From: Vulcanibacillus sp.
Lineage (GTDB): Bacteria > Bacillota > Bacilli > Tepidibacillales > Tepidibacillaceae
Assembly: GCA_050175155.1 (NCBI GenBank)
Contig: JBFXJF010000003.1
Span: 51,945 to 115,944, forward strand
Length of the DNA: 64,000 bases
Direction of reading: 5' to 3'
Within the stretch, counting starts at the first letter, position 1; every line of letters begins with the position of its first letter. The translations under genes were made by a program, and so were the position numbers. This document shows, piece by piece, positions 9,899 through 18,584 of the stretch. The notes beneath the pieces were generated by a model that worked only from the letters and a program-made list of their open reading frames with translations, ran no database searches and was not told where the DNA came from.

Positions 9899-10588
9899 AT
9901 GTCGCAAGGGGTAGAAAAAAGTTATAGTAAATTAGAATGGATTTTGTATATAATTATACTTCCTATTTTGTTTATCTCAATATTAACAGTAGTTGTTTTA
10001 TGGTTTTTAGACTATGATGTAAAAGGAAAAATTTTTTCGGTATTAAATAAGGTTCCAGTGATTGAAAAACTTATAGATGATGATTATTATGCCGATAAAG
10101 ATAATACGAATATTAATCTGAATATAGATGATTTACAATTTCAATTAGAAAATATGAAGGAAACCCTTAATGTAAGTAATCAAACTATAGAGAGCTTTGA
10201 AAGTACTGTTACTAAAAAAGATGATGAGATTAATGAATTATATCTTAGGATAGCTGAATTAGAAAAACAAATTTCAGAAAAGAATTTGTCCGAAATTACA
10301 AGGGAACAAGAAATTGCTGAGTTGGGTAAAGTATATGCAAACATGAATCCACAAAATGCTGCAAAAATAATATCATATTTAGAAACCGAAGAAGCTGCTT
10401 TAATTTTAAAAAGTATGAATATAGAAGCAAAAAGTAACATTTTAGAAAAGATGGACGTAGAGGAAGCTGCGAAAATATCAATACTTTTAAAAGACCTAGA
10501 TTACTCAAAAGATCAAGATATCAGGGCTTTACAAGAAAGAATTAAAATATTAGTTTCTGAGAATGACAAGCTATCACAAGCAAATTAA
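9899..10588 (+). CDS. ylxF: YlxF/MotE-like flagellar protein (MgtE_N-type C-terminal segment)
   Basis: 229 aa with an N-terminal TM (ILYIIILPILFISILTVVVLWF), a coiled coil, then NPQNAAKIISYLETEEAALILKSMNIEAKSNILEKMDVEEAAKI. Same slot as B. subtilis ylxF. Confidence 0.65.
   Translation: MSQGVEKSYSKLEWILYIIILPILFISILTVVVLWFLDYDVKGKIFSVLNKVPVIEKLIDDDYYADKDNTNINLNIDDLQFQLENMKETLNVSNQTIESFESTVTKKDDEINELYLRIAELEKQISEKNLSEITREQEIAELGKVYANMNPQNAAKIISYLETEEAALILKSMNIEAKSNILEKMDVEEAAKISILLKDLDYSKDQDIRALQERIKILVSENDKLSQAN
10072..10098 (+). promoter_or_regulatory. Weak candidate sigmaD-type internal promoter inside ylxF
   Basis: TATA-N15-GCCGATAA compared with the remembered sigmaD consensus TAAA-N15-GCCGATAT. 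It is the only GCCGATA I noticed on the + strand, but such a motif is expected a few times by chance. Confidence 0.2.
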
Positions 10589-10638
10589 AAATGCTAAGTT
10601 TATAAAATTAAATTATTTTTGAAAGGAGGTGAGAATAA

Positions 10639-11895
10639 ATGGAACAGTTTGTTATTAATCCTACTAGTAAAAATATCAACCAGAATACTGTAAATGAAAC
10701 AAAAAAAAGTATTTTTAGTCTTGATACTACATCCCAAGCAGTTAATCTAAATAGTTTTGGCAAGGTTTTAACAGAACTAATTAATGGTGAATTTAGCTTA
10801 GGAGTCAATGATGAACAGACATTACTTTTTCAAATCACAGATATTCTACAAACGAGCGATGAAATAAATAAAGATTTAATTAGCTGGTTTAATGGTTTAT
10901 CTGAAGATGAACAATTAATAGCTTATCAGATACTAAATAATATTTCTTTGCCAGAAACTGTGTATTCGTCTTTTGATAATGAAGAAGTATTACAATTGAG
11001 CAATATGACTAGTAACCAAGATAAGTTAAACATTAAAAGTATTGTTAATTCTAAGGATAATTTCTTAGATAAAAATCAAAAAGAGTTACAAAAAATTCTA
11101 CCTTTGATTGAAGATCATAATATTGAGCTTAAGACATTGTTAGATTACGTTCAAAAAGAGTTAACAAATAACAATAAAGCTCAGAACTTAATGTTAGAGA
11201 CGAACAAAAATTTTAAGGGTGAAAGTATAGTAATTGATAATCAAACGATTAATTTACAAAGTATTTTTTCAATTAATAATTTGCAAGCAACTAGAGGAGT
11301 CGGTATATCAGATAATCTAAACCAAGATGTCGATATAAAAACAATTGATTTAAGTCAATTACAATTTAATTCAAATAATATCTATAATGATAGTAAGTTT
11401 GATATTAAAGTTAGTAATACGAATCAAAACCTTCAAAGTTTATTTGTAGATGAGAACTTTGTAAATGAATTTGGTAAGATTTTAATTAAGAACCTAAAAT
11501 TACCAAATGGAAGTTCGGAGACTAAAATACAATTACAACCTAGTGAACTTGGAAAAGTAAACGTGAATTTAACTACAAATAATGGACAGATGTCAGCTCA
11601 GATAGTTGCAGAGACAATCATGGGGAAAGAATTATTGGAGAGTCAAATTCATCAATTAAAACAATCTTTAACTCTGCTAGGCTATCAAGTTGAAAAGATT
11701 GAGGTTCAACAAGCAACAAATCCATCATCTGCAAATAATAATTATAATAGTGGAGGATTTGAGTTTACAGAACAGCAACTTTTTCAGCAGCAAAAGAACC
11801 AACAGAGTACAATTTACTCAAATAATTTTATAGAGGAAGACGAAGAAATAATGGATTATAATCACAATATATCAGGAATAGATTATATAGCATAA
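10639..11895 (+). CDS. fliK: Flagellar hook-length control protein FliK
   Basis: 418 aa, N/Q-rich, with a C-terminal Flg_hook-type domain IQLQPSELGKVNVNLTTNNGQMSAQIVAETIMGKELLESQIHQLKQSL. Confidence 0.75.
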   Translation: MEQFVINPTSKNINQNTVNETKKSIFSLDTTSQAVNLNSFGKVLTELINGEFSLGVNDEQTLLFQITDILQTSDEINKDLISWFNGLSEDEQLIAYQILNNISLPETVYSSFDNEEVLQLSNMTSNQDKLNIKSIVNSKDNFLDKNQKELQKILPLIEDHNIELKTLLDYVQKELTNNNKAQNLMLETNKNFKGESIVIDNQTINLQSIFSINNLQATRGVGISDNLNQDVDIKTIDLSQLQFNSNNIYNDSKFDIKVSNTNQNLQSLFVDENFVNEFGKILIKNLKLPNGSSETKIQLQPSELGKVNVNLTTNNGQMSAQIVAETIMGKELLESQIHQLKQSLTLLGYQVEKIEVQQATNPSSANNNYNSGGFEFTEQQLFQQQKNQQSTIYSNNFIEEDEEIMDYNHNISGIDYIA

Positions 11896-11909
11896 AAGGG
11901 GTGATCAAT

Positions 11910-12377
11910 ATGGGAGTAACTGCTATCGACTCTACTTCATCTGTTAGTAATTTAACAGAATCAAACAAGAGTAGTGTAAGTACAGAAAGTTTTTTATATT
12001 TATTTGTTGAACAGTTGAAAAATCAAGACCCTTTAGAACCTATGGATAATACAGAATATATTACTCAACTTGCACAAATATCTTTATTAGAACAGGCTAC
12101 TAAACTTTCAGATAATATGGATAATCTAGTAAATCTTAGTTCTGATTCTAACGAAAAAATCAATATGTTTTTAGCCCAATTTAATCAAAATTTACTTGGT
12201 ACTTACTCCAATTTAATTGGAAAGACTGGATATTGGTATAATCCTGATGGTTCTGAAATATCCGGAAAAATTGATGGGATTATTCAAAAAGATCAACAGT
12301 TCTATGCTTTATCAAACACTGATCAAATATTAATAAGTAATTTATACAAAGTTGATTCAGGAGATTTAAATGAATAA
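11910..12377 (+). CDS. flgD: Flagellar hook capping/assembly protein FlgD
   Basis: FLYLFVEQLKNQDPLEPMDNTEYITQLAQISLLEQ matches the FlgD N-terminal signature. ATG 11910 after AAGGGG is preferred over the in-frame GTG at 11901. Confidence 0.8.
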   Translation: MGVTAIDSTSSVSNLTESNKSSVSTESFLYLFVEQLKNQDPLEPMDNTEYITQLAQISLLEQATKLSDNMDNLVNLSSDSNEKINMFLAQFNQNLLGTYSNLIGKTGYWYNPDGSEISGKIDGIIQKDQQFYALSNTDQILISNLYKVDSGDLNE

Positions 12378-12765
12378 TTCTATAAAAATAGGTCAAAATT
12401 ATTTACCTAATCAACCGATAATTACAACAAAAAAACAAAATATAGATAATTCAATTATTACTACAGAAAATTTTAATACAATTTTTGAAGAAAAACTTAA
12501 TTCACATAATAATCAGATTAAATTCAGTAATCATGCTAAACAAAGGTTAGATTTGAGAGGCATTGAACTTGATTCTGATATTATGAGCCAATTAAATCAA
12601 GCAGTTGAAAAGGCTGAAGCAAAAGGTTCTAAAGACTCACTAATATTGGTAAAGGATATTGCGTTTGTTATAAATATTCCAAATAAAGTTGTTATTACTA
12701 CCATAGATGATAAATCTATTAAAGATCATATATTTACAAATATTGATAGTGCGATTATTTTATAA
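12370..12765 (+). CDS. Small conserved flagellar-operon protein (TIGR02530-like, tentative)
   Basis: 131 aa, overlapping the end of flgD. The KFSNHAKQRLDLRGIEL motif and the flgD-flgE position resemble the 'flagellar operon protein' family found in many Firmicutes but not at this spot in B. subtilis. The family name is from memory. Confidence 0.5.
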   Translation: MNNSIKIGQNYLPNQPIITTKKQNIDNSIITTENFNTIFEEKLNSHNNQIKFSNHAKQRLDLRGIELDSDIMSQLNQAVEKAEAKGSKDSLILVKDIAFVINIPNKVVITTIDDKSIKDHIFTNIDSAIIL

Positions 12766-12815
12766 AGGCTGGACCCGTGAGGGGGGCCTTACACCGTTGA
12801 TTGATTGATACGGTG
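12765..12815 (+). promoter_or_regulatory. Tandem RNA stem-loops immediately upstream of the flgE RBS
   Basis: Locally GC-rich patch with two stem-loops: AAGGCT..CCC-GTGA-GGG..GGCCTT (GNRA-type loop) and CACCGT-(TGATTGATTGAT)-ACGGTG. It ends 5 nt before the AGGAGG of flgE. Confidence 0.4.
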
Positions 12816-12833
12816 AAAAAAGGAGGAAAAAGA

Positions 12834-13652
12834 ATGTTAAGATCTTTATATTCGGGGATTTCAGGAATGAGTAGTTTTCAAATCAAATTAGATGTAATTG
12901 GCAATAATATTGCCAATGTTAATACTACTGGATTTAAAGCTGATAGAGTTACTTTTTCGGATATACTAAGCCAAAAACTATCAGGTATTACGGTTCCAGA
13001 AGAAGGAGAGCGTGGCGGGGAAAATCCACAACAAGTTGGATTAGGTACTACTATTGCATCAATAGATACATTACATACACCGGGTTCATCACAGACTACA
13101 AATGTTCCAACAGACTTATCTATTGAGGGTGATGGTTATTTTGCGGTAGCACCAAGTGGTGATGGAGAGGTTATTTATTTAACAAGGGCAGGTAATTTTA
13201 ACAGAGACGCTACTGGTAATTTAGTAACTTCTCAAGGATTTTTGGTTTTAGGTGTTGGTGGAGAGCCTATTAACATACCAGCTGAAGTAACAGCTTACGA
13301 TATTTCCGCGGATGGAAATATTATATCGCTTAATGCGGATGGAACCACTGAAATAATTTCACAAATTGGTCTTGTTAAAGTACAAAATCCAGCCGGGCTT
13401 GAAAAGGTTGGGAGTTCAATGTATCGAATGACTCTTAATGCAAATATTGATGGAGAACTAGAAGTTGTAGAAGCTAGAAACATTGAATATGGTACTGGTA
13501 GTATAATATCTGGAAGATTAGAAATGTCAAATGTAGATTTGACTTCCGAATTAACGGAAATGATTATTGCTCAAAGGGGTTTTCAAGCTAATTCGAAAAT
13601 TATTACAACTTCGGATCAGATTCTTGAAGAAATAATTAATCTTAAACGTTAG
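12834..13652 (+). CDS. flgE: Flagellar hook protein FlgE (short Bacillus type)
   Basis: 272 aa with N-terminus MLRSLYSGISGMS..IGNNIANVNTTGFK and C-terminus LTSELTEMIIAQRGFQANSKIITTSDQILEEIINL. ATG 12834 is 7 nt after AGGAGG. The track ORF starts at TTG 12801, inside the hairpin loop. Confidence 0.85.
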   Translation: MLRSLYSGISGMSSFQIKLDVIGNNIANVNTTGFKADRVTFSDILSQKLSGITVPEEGERGGENPQQVGLGTTIASIDTLHTPGSSQTTNVPTDLSIEGDGYFAVAPSGDGEVIYLTRAGNFNRDATGNLVTSQGFLVLGVGGEPINIPAEVTAYDISADGNIISLNADGTTEIISQIGLVKVQNPAGLEKVGSSMYRMTLNANIDGELEVVEARNIEYGTGSIISGRLEMSNVDLTSELTEMIIAQRGFQANSKIITTSDQILEEIINLKR

Positions 13653-13662
13653 TATATTTACT

Positions 13663-13692
13663 AGGGGGGTTATCCCCCCTGATTTTAATATT
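13663..13692 (+). terminator. Strong G/C hairpin after flgE (intra-operon attenuator or 3' stabiliser)
   Basis: A-GGGGGG-TTAT-CCCCCC-T perfect stem 11 nt after the flgE stop, followed by GATTTTAATATT (an interrupted U tract). Confidence 0.5.
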
Positions 13693-13731
13693 ATCAGAGT
13701 TAAATAAAATTATGTAAATAGGTGAAATGAT

Positions 13732-13923
13732 ATGATTGTAGTTAATAGATTAGACGGAAAAGAATACGTCTTAAATTGTTTATTAATAGAAACGCTAGAA
13801 AAAACTCCTGATACTGTGGTTACATTAACTAATGGGAAAAAATATGTTGTTTTACAATCTGTTGAAAATATAGTTGAACAATTCGAAATTTTTATAAAAA
13901 GAACGCATGCTATTAAATATTAA
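13732..13923 (+). CDS. flbD: Flagellar protein FlbD
   Basis: 63 aa. MIVVNRLDGKEYVLNCLLIETLEKTPDTVVTLTNGKKYVV matches the FlbD family (B. subtilis ylzI). Confidence 0.8.
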   Translation: MIVVNRLDGKEYVLNCLLIETLEKTPDTVVTLTNGKKYVVLQSVENIVEQFEIFIKRTHAIKY

Positions 13924-13948
13924 TAGTTGTAAAATTTGGGGGTAATGT

Positions 13949-14383
13949 ATGTTTAAGAATAAATTGCTTAATATATCTATAATTATAATTATTACAGTTG
14001 CACTACTAGGTGTAGTATCATTTTTTTTATATCAATATATATTCCCAGGGAATATAGATAATGCGGTTGAAGAAGAACTTACAGAGGTAACGATTGACAT
14101 TCCCAAAATTAGTACTAATTTAGGAGATTCTTCTGTAATAGTATTAGAATTAACATTAACAATACAAACCGATGATCCTGAACTTATATTAGAAGAAGCT
14201 CACAGTAAAACCTATAAGATAGAAGATGAAATAATTATATTCTTAAAAAATTATTCAATTGAGTCATTCTCTTCCGTTGATTTAATTAATCAATTTAAGG
14301 AAGATTTAACATTAGGCATAAATGAAATAATAGAGTCTGGGAAAGTGGTAAGTATCGATATTACTCAGTTATTTTATCAATAA
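13949..14383 (+). CDS. fliL: Flagellar basal body-associated protein FliL
   Basis: 144 aa with a single N-terminal TM (LLNISIIIIITVALLGVVSFFLY) and a FliL-like periplasmic domain. It lies directly upstream of fliM. Confidence 0.75.
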   Translation: MFKNKLLNISIIIIITVALLGVVSFFLYQYIFPGNIDNAVEEELTEVTIDIPKISTNLGDSSVIVLELTLTIQTDDPELILEEAHSKTYKIEDEIIIFLKNYSIESFSSVDLINQFKEDLTLGINEIIESGKVVSIDITQLFYQ

Positions 14384-14418
14384 CTGAGATCCTGCTTTAA
14401 TTTTGATGAGGTGATAAT

Positions 14419-15417
14419 ATGTCTGAAATTCTTTCTCAAAGCGAAATCGACGCCCTTTTGGAAGCTCTAACCTCTGGGGAAATGAAGGCTGAAGAGCTAA
14501 AAAAAAGTATTACTGAAGAAAGAAAAGTTAAGCTTTATGATTTTAAAAGAGCTTTAAGGTTTTCTAAGGATCAAATTCGAACTTTAACTAGAATTCATGA
14601 AAACTATGCTAGGCTGTTAACAACTTTTTTTTCTGCACAGTTAAGAACGTTCGTTCAAATATCAGTTGTTTCAGTTGACCAGATTCCTTATGACGAGTTT
14701 ATTAAGTCTATTCCCAAGATGACAATACTTAACGTTTTTTCTGCGGAACCATTGGAAGGAAGAATGGTTTTAGAAATAAATCCTAATGTGGCTTATACTA
14801 TGATGGATAGAATTTTAGGCGGTTCGGGAATATCATCAAATAAATTAGGAAATCTAACTGAAATTGAAACTAATATTATGACTAAGATGTTTGTAAGAAC
14901 ACTGGTTAGTTTTAAGAATGCATGGGAGAACATTATAGACTTGAAACCAGAACTGGAAATAATGGAAATAAACCCACAATTTATGCAAATTGTTTCTCCA
15001 AATGAAACAGTTATAGTAATTTCCTTTAACACAAAAATTGGTGAGACAACTGGAATGATTAATTTGTGTTTACCGCATGTTGTTCTGGAACCAGTTCTAC
15101 AGGATTTATCAGCACATAATTGGTTTGCGCAAGTGAAAAAGGATACTGGAAAAGAAAATTATAATTTCATGAAAAAAAATATTCAATTTGCACCATTAAC
15201 GCTGACTGTTGAATTAGGGACTACTACAATAACGGTTTCTGATTTATTACAACTTTCAATTGGTGATGTTATAAAATTAGATAATAAAGTAGAAAACACA
15301 TTGACCACTTACGTTGATAAGAACCCTAAATTTGAAGTTATTCCTGGTTCTATAAAGGGGAAGATAGCAGTACAAATTGTTGAGATTGAAAAGATGGGAG
15401 TTGATATAGTTGGCTAA
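14419..15417 (+). CDS. fliM: Flagellar motor switch protein FliM
   Basis: 332 aa with the N-terminal CheY-P binding peptide LSQSEIDALL, a FliM middle domain and a C-terminal SpoA/FliN-like domain. Confidence 0.9.
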   Translation: MSEILSQSEIDALLEALTSGEMKAEELKKSITEERKVKLYDFKRALRFSKDQIRTLTRIHENYARLLTTFFSAQLRTFVQISVVSVDQIPYDEFIKSIPKMTILNVFSAEPLEGRMVLEINPNVAYTMMDRILGGSGISSNKLGNLTEIETNIMTKMFVRTLVSFKNAWENIIDLKPELEIMEINPQFMQIVSPNETVIVISFNTKIGETTGMINLCLPHVVLEPVLQDLSAHNWFAQVKKDTGKENYNFMKKNIQFAPLTLTVELGTTTITVSDLLQLSIGDVIKLDNKVENTLTTYVDKNPKFEVIPGSIKGKIAVQIVEIEKMGVDIVG

Positions 15418-16570
15418 CGAGATATTATCGTCGGATGAATTAAACGCATTGTTAAATAATGAAGAAGATTATGATGACGTTAACGAGAAGATTAATATTA
15501 AAGATTATATGTCTGATTTTGAATTAGATGCAATAGGCGAAATTGGTAATATTTCATTTGGGTCTGCATCTACAGCATTATCTGCCTTATTAAATCAAAA
15601 GGTGGAAATCACAACCCCGGTATTGAAAACCATATATTCAAAAAAATTACCTGATGAATTTCCTGTTCCGCATGTATCAGTGCATGTAAACTATTTACTT
15701 GGGTTTACCGGAACTAATTTATTCGTCCTCCAATCTTTGGATGCAAAAATAATAGCTGATCTAATGCTAGGGGGGAACGGGCAGTTAACAGATGATGGGG
15801 AATTAACAGCAATGGAAATAAGTGCAGTGCAAGAGGCTATGAATCAAATGATGGGGTCATCTGCGACTTCATTATCGACAATTTTTAATAGAATTGTAAG
15901 CATATCCCCACCAGGAGTTAACGTATTAGATATTAAAAGTGGAAAAGGTAACGAATATCTACCAGAGGAAGATATACTTATAATAGTTTCTTTTAAGATG
16001 AAAATAGGTGATTTGATAGATTCAAATATAATGCAGATTATTTCAATTCCTTTTGCTAAGGTGATGATTGATTATTTGATTGTCAATGCTAATGACAGTG
16101 AACCATTGCAGGAGACGGAAGTAAAATCTCCTGAGAATGTTTCGGAAGCTATAAATGAACAAAAAGAAATAGTTAGTAGTAAACTACAAGAGGACATAAG
16201 TAAGAATCAAGAATATGAGGCACCTCCCCTTAAGAATGTTGAAACTAAAGTAAACGTTCAATCTGTACAATTTTCGGAGTTGGAATCTAAAAGGAATGTG
16301 AAAACTAATGATTCCAATTTAGGAATATTAATGGATATTCCATTACAAATATCTGTTGAATTAGGAAGAACAAAGAAGATGATAAAGGATATTTTGGAGT
16401 TATCCTCAGGATCGATTATTGAGTTAGATAAGCTTGCTGGTGAACCAGTAGATATCTATGCAAATAATAAATTGATTGCAAAAGGAGAGGTTGTTGTAAT
16501 CGATGAAAACTTTGGAGTTAGAATTACAGATATAATTAGTCAGATTGATAGAGTTAAGAGGCTTCAATAA
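15410..16570 (+). CDS. fliY: Flagellar switch protein/CheY-P phosphatase FliY (CheC-like domain plus FliN domain)
   Basis: 386 aa with an N-terminal LSSDELNALL peptide, a CheC-like segment (ELDAIGEIGNISFGSASTALS, EISAVQEAMNQMMGSSATSLS) and a C-terminal FliN domain (GEPVDIYANNKLIAKGEVVVIDENFGVRITDI). TTG start overlaps the end of fliM. Confidence 0.85.
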   Translation: MANEILSSDELNALLNNEEDYDDVNEKINIKDYMSDFELDAIGEIGNISFGSASTALSALLNQKVEITTPVLKTIYSKKLPDEFPVPHVSVHVNYLLGFTGTNLFVLQSLDAKIIADLMLGGNGQLTDDGELTAMEISAVQEAMNQMMGSSATSLSTIFNRIVSISPPGVNVLDIKSGKGNEYLPEEDILIIVSFKMKIGDLIDSNIMQIISIPFAKVMIDYLIVNANDSEPLQETEVKSPENVSEAINEQKEIVSSKLQEDISKNQEYEAPPLKNVETKVNVQSVQFSELESKRNVKTNDSNLGILMDIPLQISVELGRTKKMIKDILELSSGSIIELDKLAGEPVDIYANNKLIAKGEVVVIDENFGVRITDIISQIDRVKRLQ

Positions 16571-16613
16571 TAAAAAAACAAATTATCTATAGAATGAAAG
16601 GGGAAATATAAAA

Positions 16614-16976
16614 ATGGGAAAAACAATTTTAGTTGTTGATGATGCTGCTTTTATGAGAATGATGATTAAGGAGATTTTAATAAAAAATGGGTATGAGGTT
16701 ATAGGTGAGGCTACTGATGGAGCTGATGCAGTTACTAAATACAGAGAATTAAAACCTAATCTAGTTACAATGGATATTACGATGCCTGAACTTGATGGTG
16801 TTGAGGCTTTAAAGCAAATTATTAAAGAGGATCCAAATGCGAAAATAATAATGTGTTCAGCGATGGGGCAACAGGCTATGGTTATCGATGCAATACAAGC
16901 AGGTGCTAAGGATTTTATCGTTAAGCCATTTCAAGCAGATCGAGTGGTAGAAGCTATTTCAAAAGCTTTAAGTTAG
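16614..16976 (+). CDS. cheY: Chemotaxis response regulator CheY
   Basis: 120-aa stand-alone receiver with VVDDAAFMR, the phospho-acceptor context MDITMPELDG, and KPF. Confidence 0.95.
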   Translation: MGKTILVVDDAAFMRMMIKEILIKNGYEVIGEATDGADAVTKYRELKPNLVTMDITMPELDGVEALKQIIKEDPNAKIIMCSAMGQQAMVIDAIQAGAKDFIVKPFQADRVVEAISKALS

Positions 16977-16990
16977 GAATGCTACAATTT

Positions 16991-17524
16991 ATGAAAAAGA
17001 TACTTCTTATGTTAATGTTATTTTCAGTTATGATTAATAATAGAGTGTATGCTTCATTAGAAGAATTACAGACTGAAGGAATATCCAATGACGATATTAT
17101 CAAAATGTTTATATATTTAATTGTAATATTGCTCCTTATATATTCTTTATTCTGGTTTATTAATAAAAAAAATAGATTTATTAAATCCTCCCTCTTTAAC
17201 AATTTTGGAGGTCATCCATTAGGACAAAATAAATCAATTCAAGTTATTGAGATTGGAAATAAAATATATATATTGGGTGTCAGTGGAGAAATAAATCTTA
17301 TTAAAGTATTAGAAGAAGAAGAGGATATAAAAGCCATTAAGAAACTTGTGTATTCAAATGATGGACGTAGTAAGATGTTTACTTTATTTAAAAATAAAAA
17401 AAAGAGCTCTAAACAATTCGAGAATGAATTGGCTGAAAAATTTGATCAATTGAAAGAAAAAAGATTATATTCTATTAATAATATATTTGATGAGAGAGAT
17501 GAAATAACTGAAAAAAGGGATTGA
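16991..17524 (+). CDS. fliO: Flagellar export apparatus protein FliO (FliZ in B. subtilis nomenclature)
   Basis: Signal/TM N-terminus (MKKILLMLMLFSVM), a second TM and a FliO-like core IQVIEIGNKIYILGVSGEINLIKVLE. It occupies the slot between cheY and fliP. ATG 16991 is preferred over ATG 16979, but the start is uncertain. Confidence 0.65.
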   Translation: MKKILLMLMLFSVMINNRVYASLEELQTEGISNDDIIKMFIYLIVILLLIYSLFWFINKKNRFIKSSLFNNFGGHPLGQNKSIQVIEIGNKIYILGVSGEINLIKVLEEEEDIKAIKKLVYSNDGRSKMFTLFKNKKKSSKQFENELAEKFDQLKEKRLYSINNIFDERDEITEKRD

Positions 17525-17525
17525 G

Positions 17526-18290
17526 ATGAATAAAAAACATAATTTTTTAATTATTATTTTTAGCATTATAATTTTTTTTAATCTACCTTTTGTTGTGAAT
17601 GCTCAGGCTGATGTAATTATTCCGGGTTTAGATTTACAATTCGGTACATCGGATAATACGGAAGATGTTGCTACTACATTGCAATTATTATTACTATTAA
17701 CAGTTCTTTCATTAGCTCCAGCAATTCTTATATTGATGACAAGTTTTACTAGAATAATTATCGTGTTATCATTTATTAGAAATGCTTTAGCTACTCAACA
17801 AATGCCGCCAAATCAGGTATTGATTGGTCTTGCATTATTTTTAACATTTTTTGTAATGCAACCAGTTTTTGTTGAAGTTAATGAAAATGCATTAAAACCT
17901 TATTTTAACGAGGAAATTTCTCAACAAGAAGCTATTGATGAAAGTGTCAAACCATTCAAAGATTTTATGATTAAACAAACAAGAGAAAAAGATCTTTTAT
18001 TATTCTTAAATTATGCACAAATAGAGGAACCAGATAATGTAGATGATATTCCTATAACTGTCTTGGTACCAGCATTTGCTATTAGTGAGCTAAAAACAGC
18101 TTTTCAAATGGGTTTTATGATTTACTTGCCATTTCTAGTTATAGATATGGTAGTTTCTAGTACATTAATGGCAATGGGTATGATGATGCTTCCTCCATCA
18201 ATGATTTCTTTACCTTTTAAAATTCTATTATTTGTTATGGTTGATGGATGGTATTTGGTAGTTAAATCTTTACTAGAAAGCTTTAATTAG
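17526..18290 (+). CDS. fliP: Flagellar export gate protein FliP
   Basis: 254 aa with a signal peptide and conserved polytopic FliP blocks (LLLLTVLSLAPAILILMTSFTRIIIVLSF, PNQVLIGLALFLTFFVM). Confidence 0.95.
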   Translation: MNKKHNFLIIIFSIIIFFNLPFVVNAQADVIIPGLDLQFGTSDNTEDVATTLQLLLLLTVLSLAPAILILMTSFTRIIIVLSFIRNALATQQMPPNQVLIGLALFLTFFVMQPVFVEVNENALKPYFNEEISQQEAIDESVKPFKDFMIKQTREKDLLLFLNYAQIEEPDNVDDIPITVLVPAFAISELKTAFQMGFMIYLPFLVIDMVVSSTLMAMGMMMLPPSMISLPFKILLFVMVDGWYLVVKSLLESFN

Positions 18291-18302
18291 GAGAATAGCT
18301 AA

Positions 18303-18572
18303 ATGACTGAGAATTATGTTATAGATCTTTTTAAGCAAGCAGTTTATACAGTATTAATTGTTTCCGGACCAATGCTTATATTAGCATTATTGGTTGGATT
18401 ACTAGTTAGTATTTTTCAAGCTACTACCCAAATCCAAGAACAGACATTGGCTTTTGTACCTAAGATAGTTACAGTTTTAATTTCTTTAATCATTTTTGGA
18501 CCATGGATATTATCTCATATGATTGACTATACACTAAATATATTTAATCAAATGAGTTCTATTGTTGGATAA
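18303..18572 (+). CDS. fliQ: Flagellar export gate protein FliQ
   Basis: 89 aa with two TM segments. SGPMLILALLVGLLVSIFQATTQIQEQTLAFVPK matches FliQ. Confidence 0.9.
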   Translation: MTENYVIDLFKQAVYTVLIVSGPMLILALLVGLLVSIFQATTQIQEQTLAFVPKIVTVLISLIIFGPWILSHMIDYTLNIFNQMSSIVG

Positions 18573-18584
18573 TGGGAGAGGATT

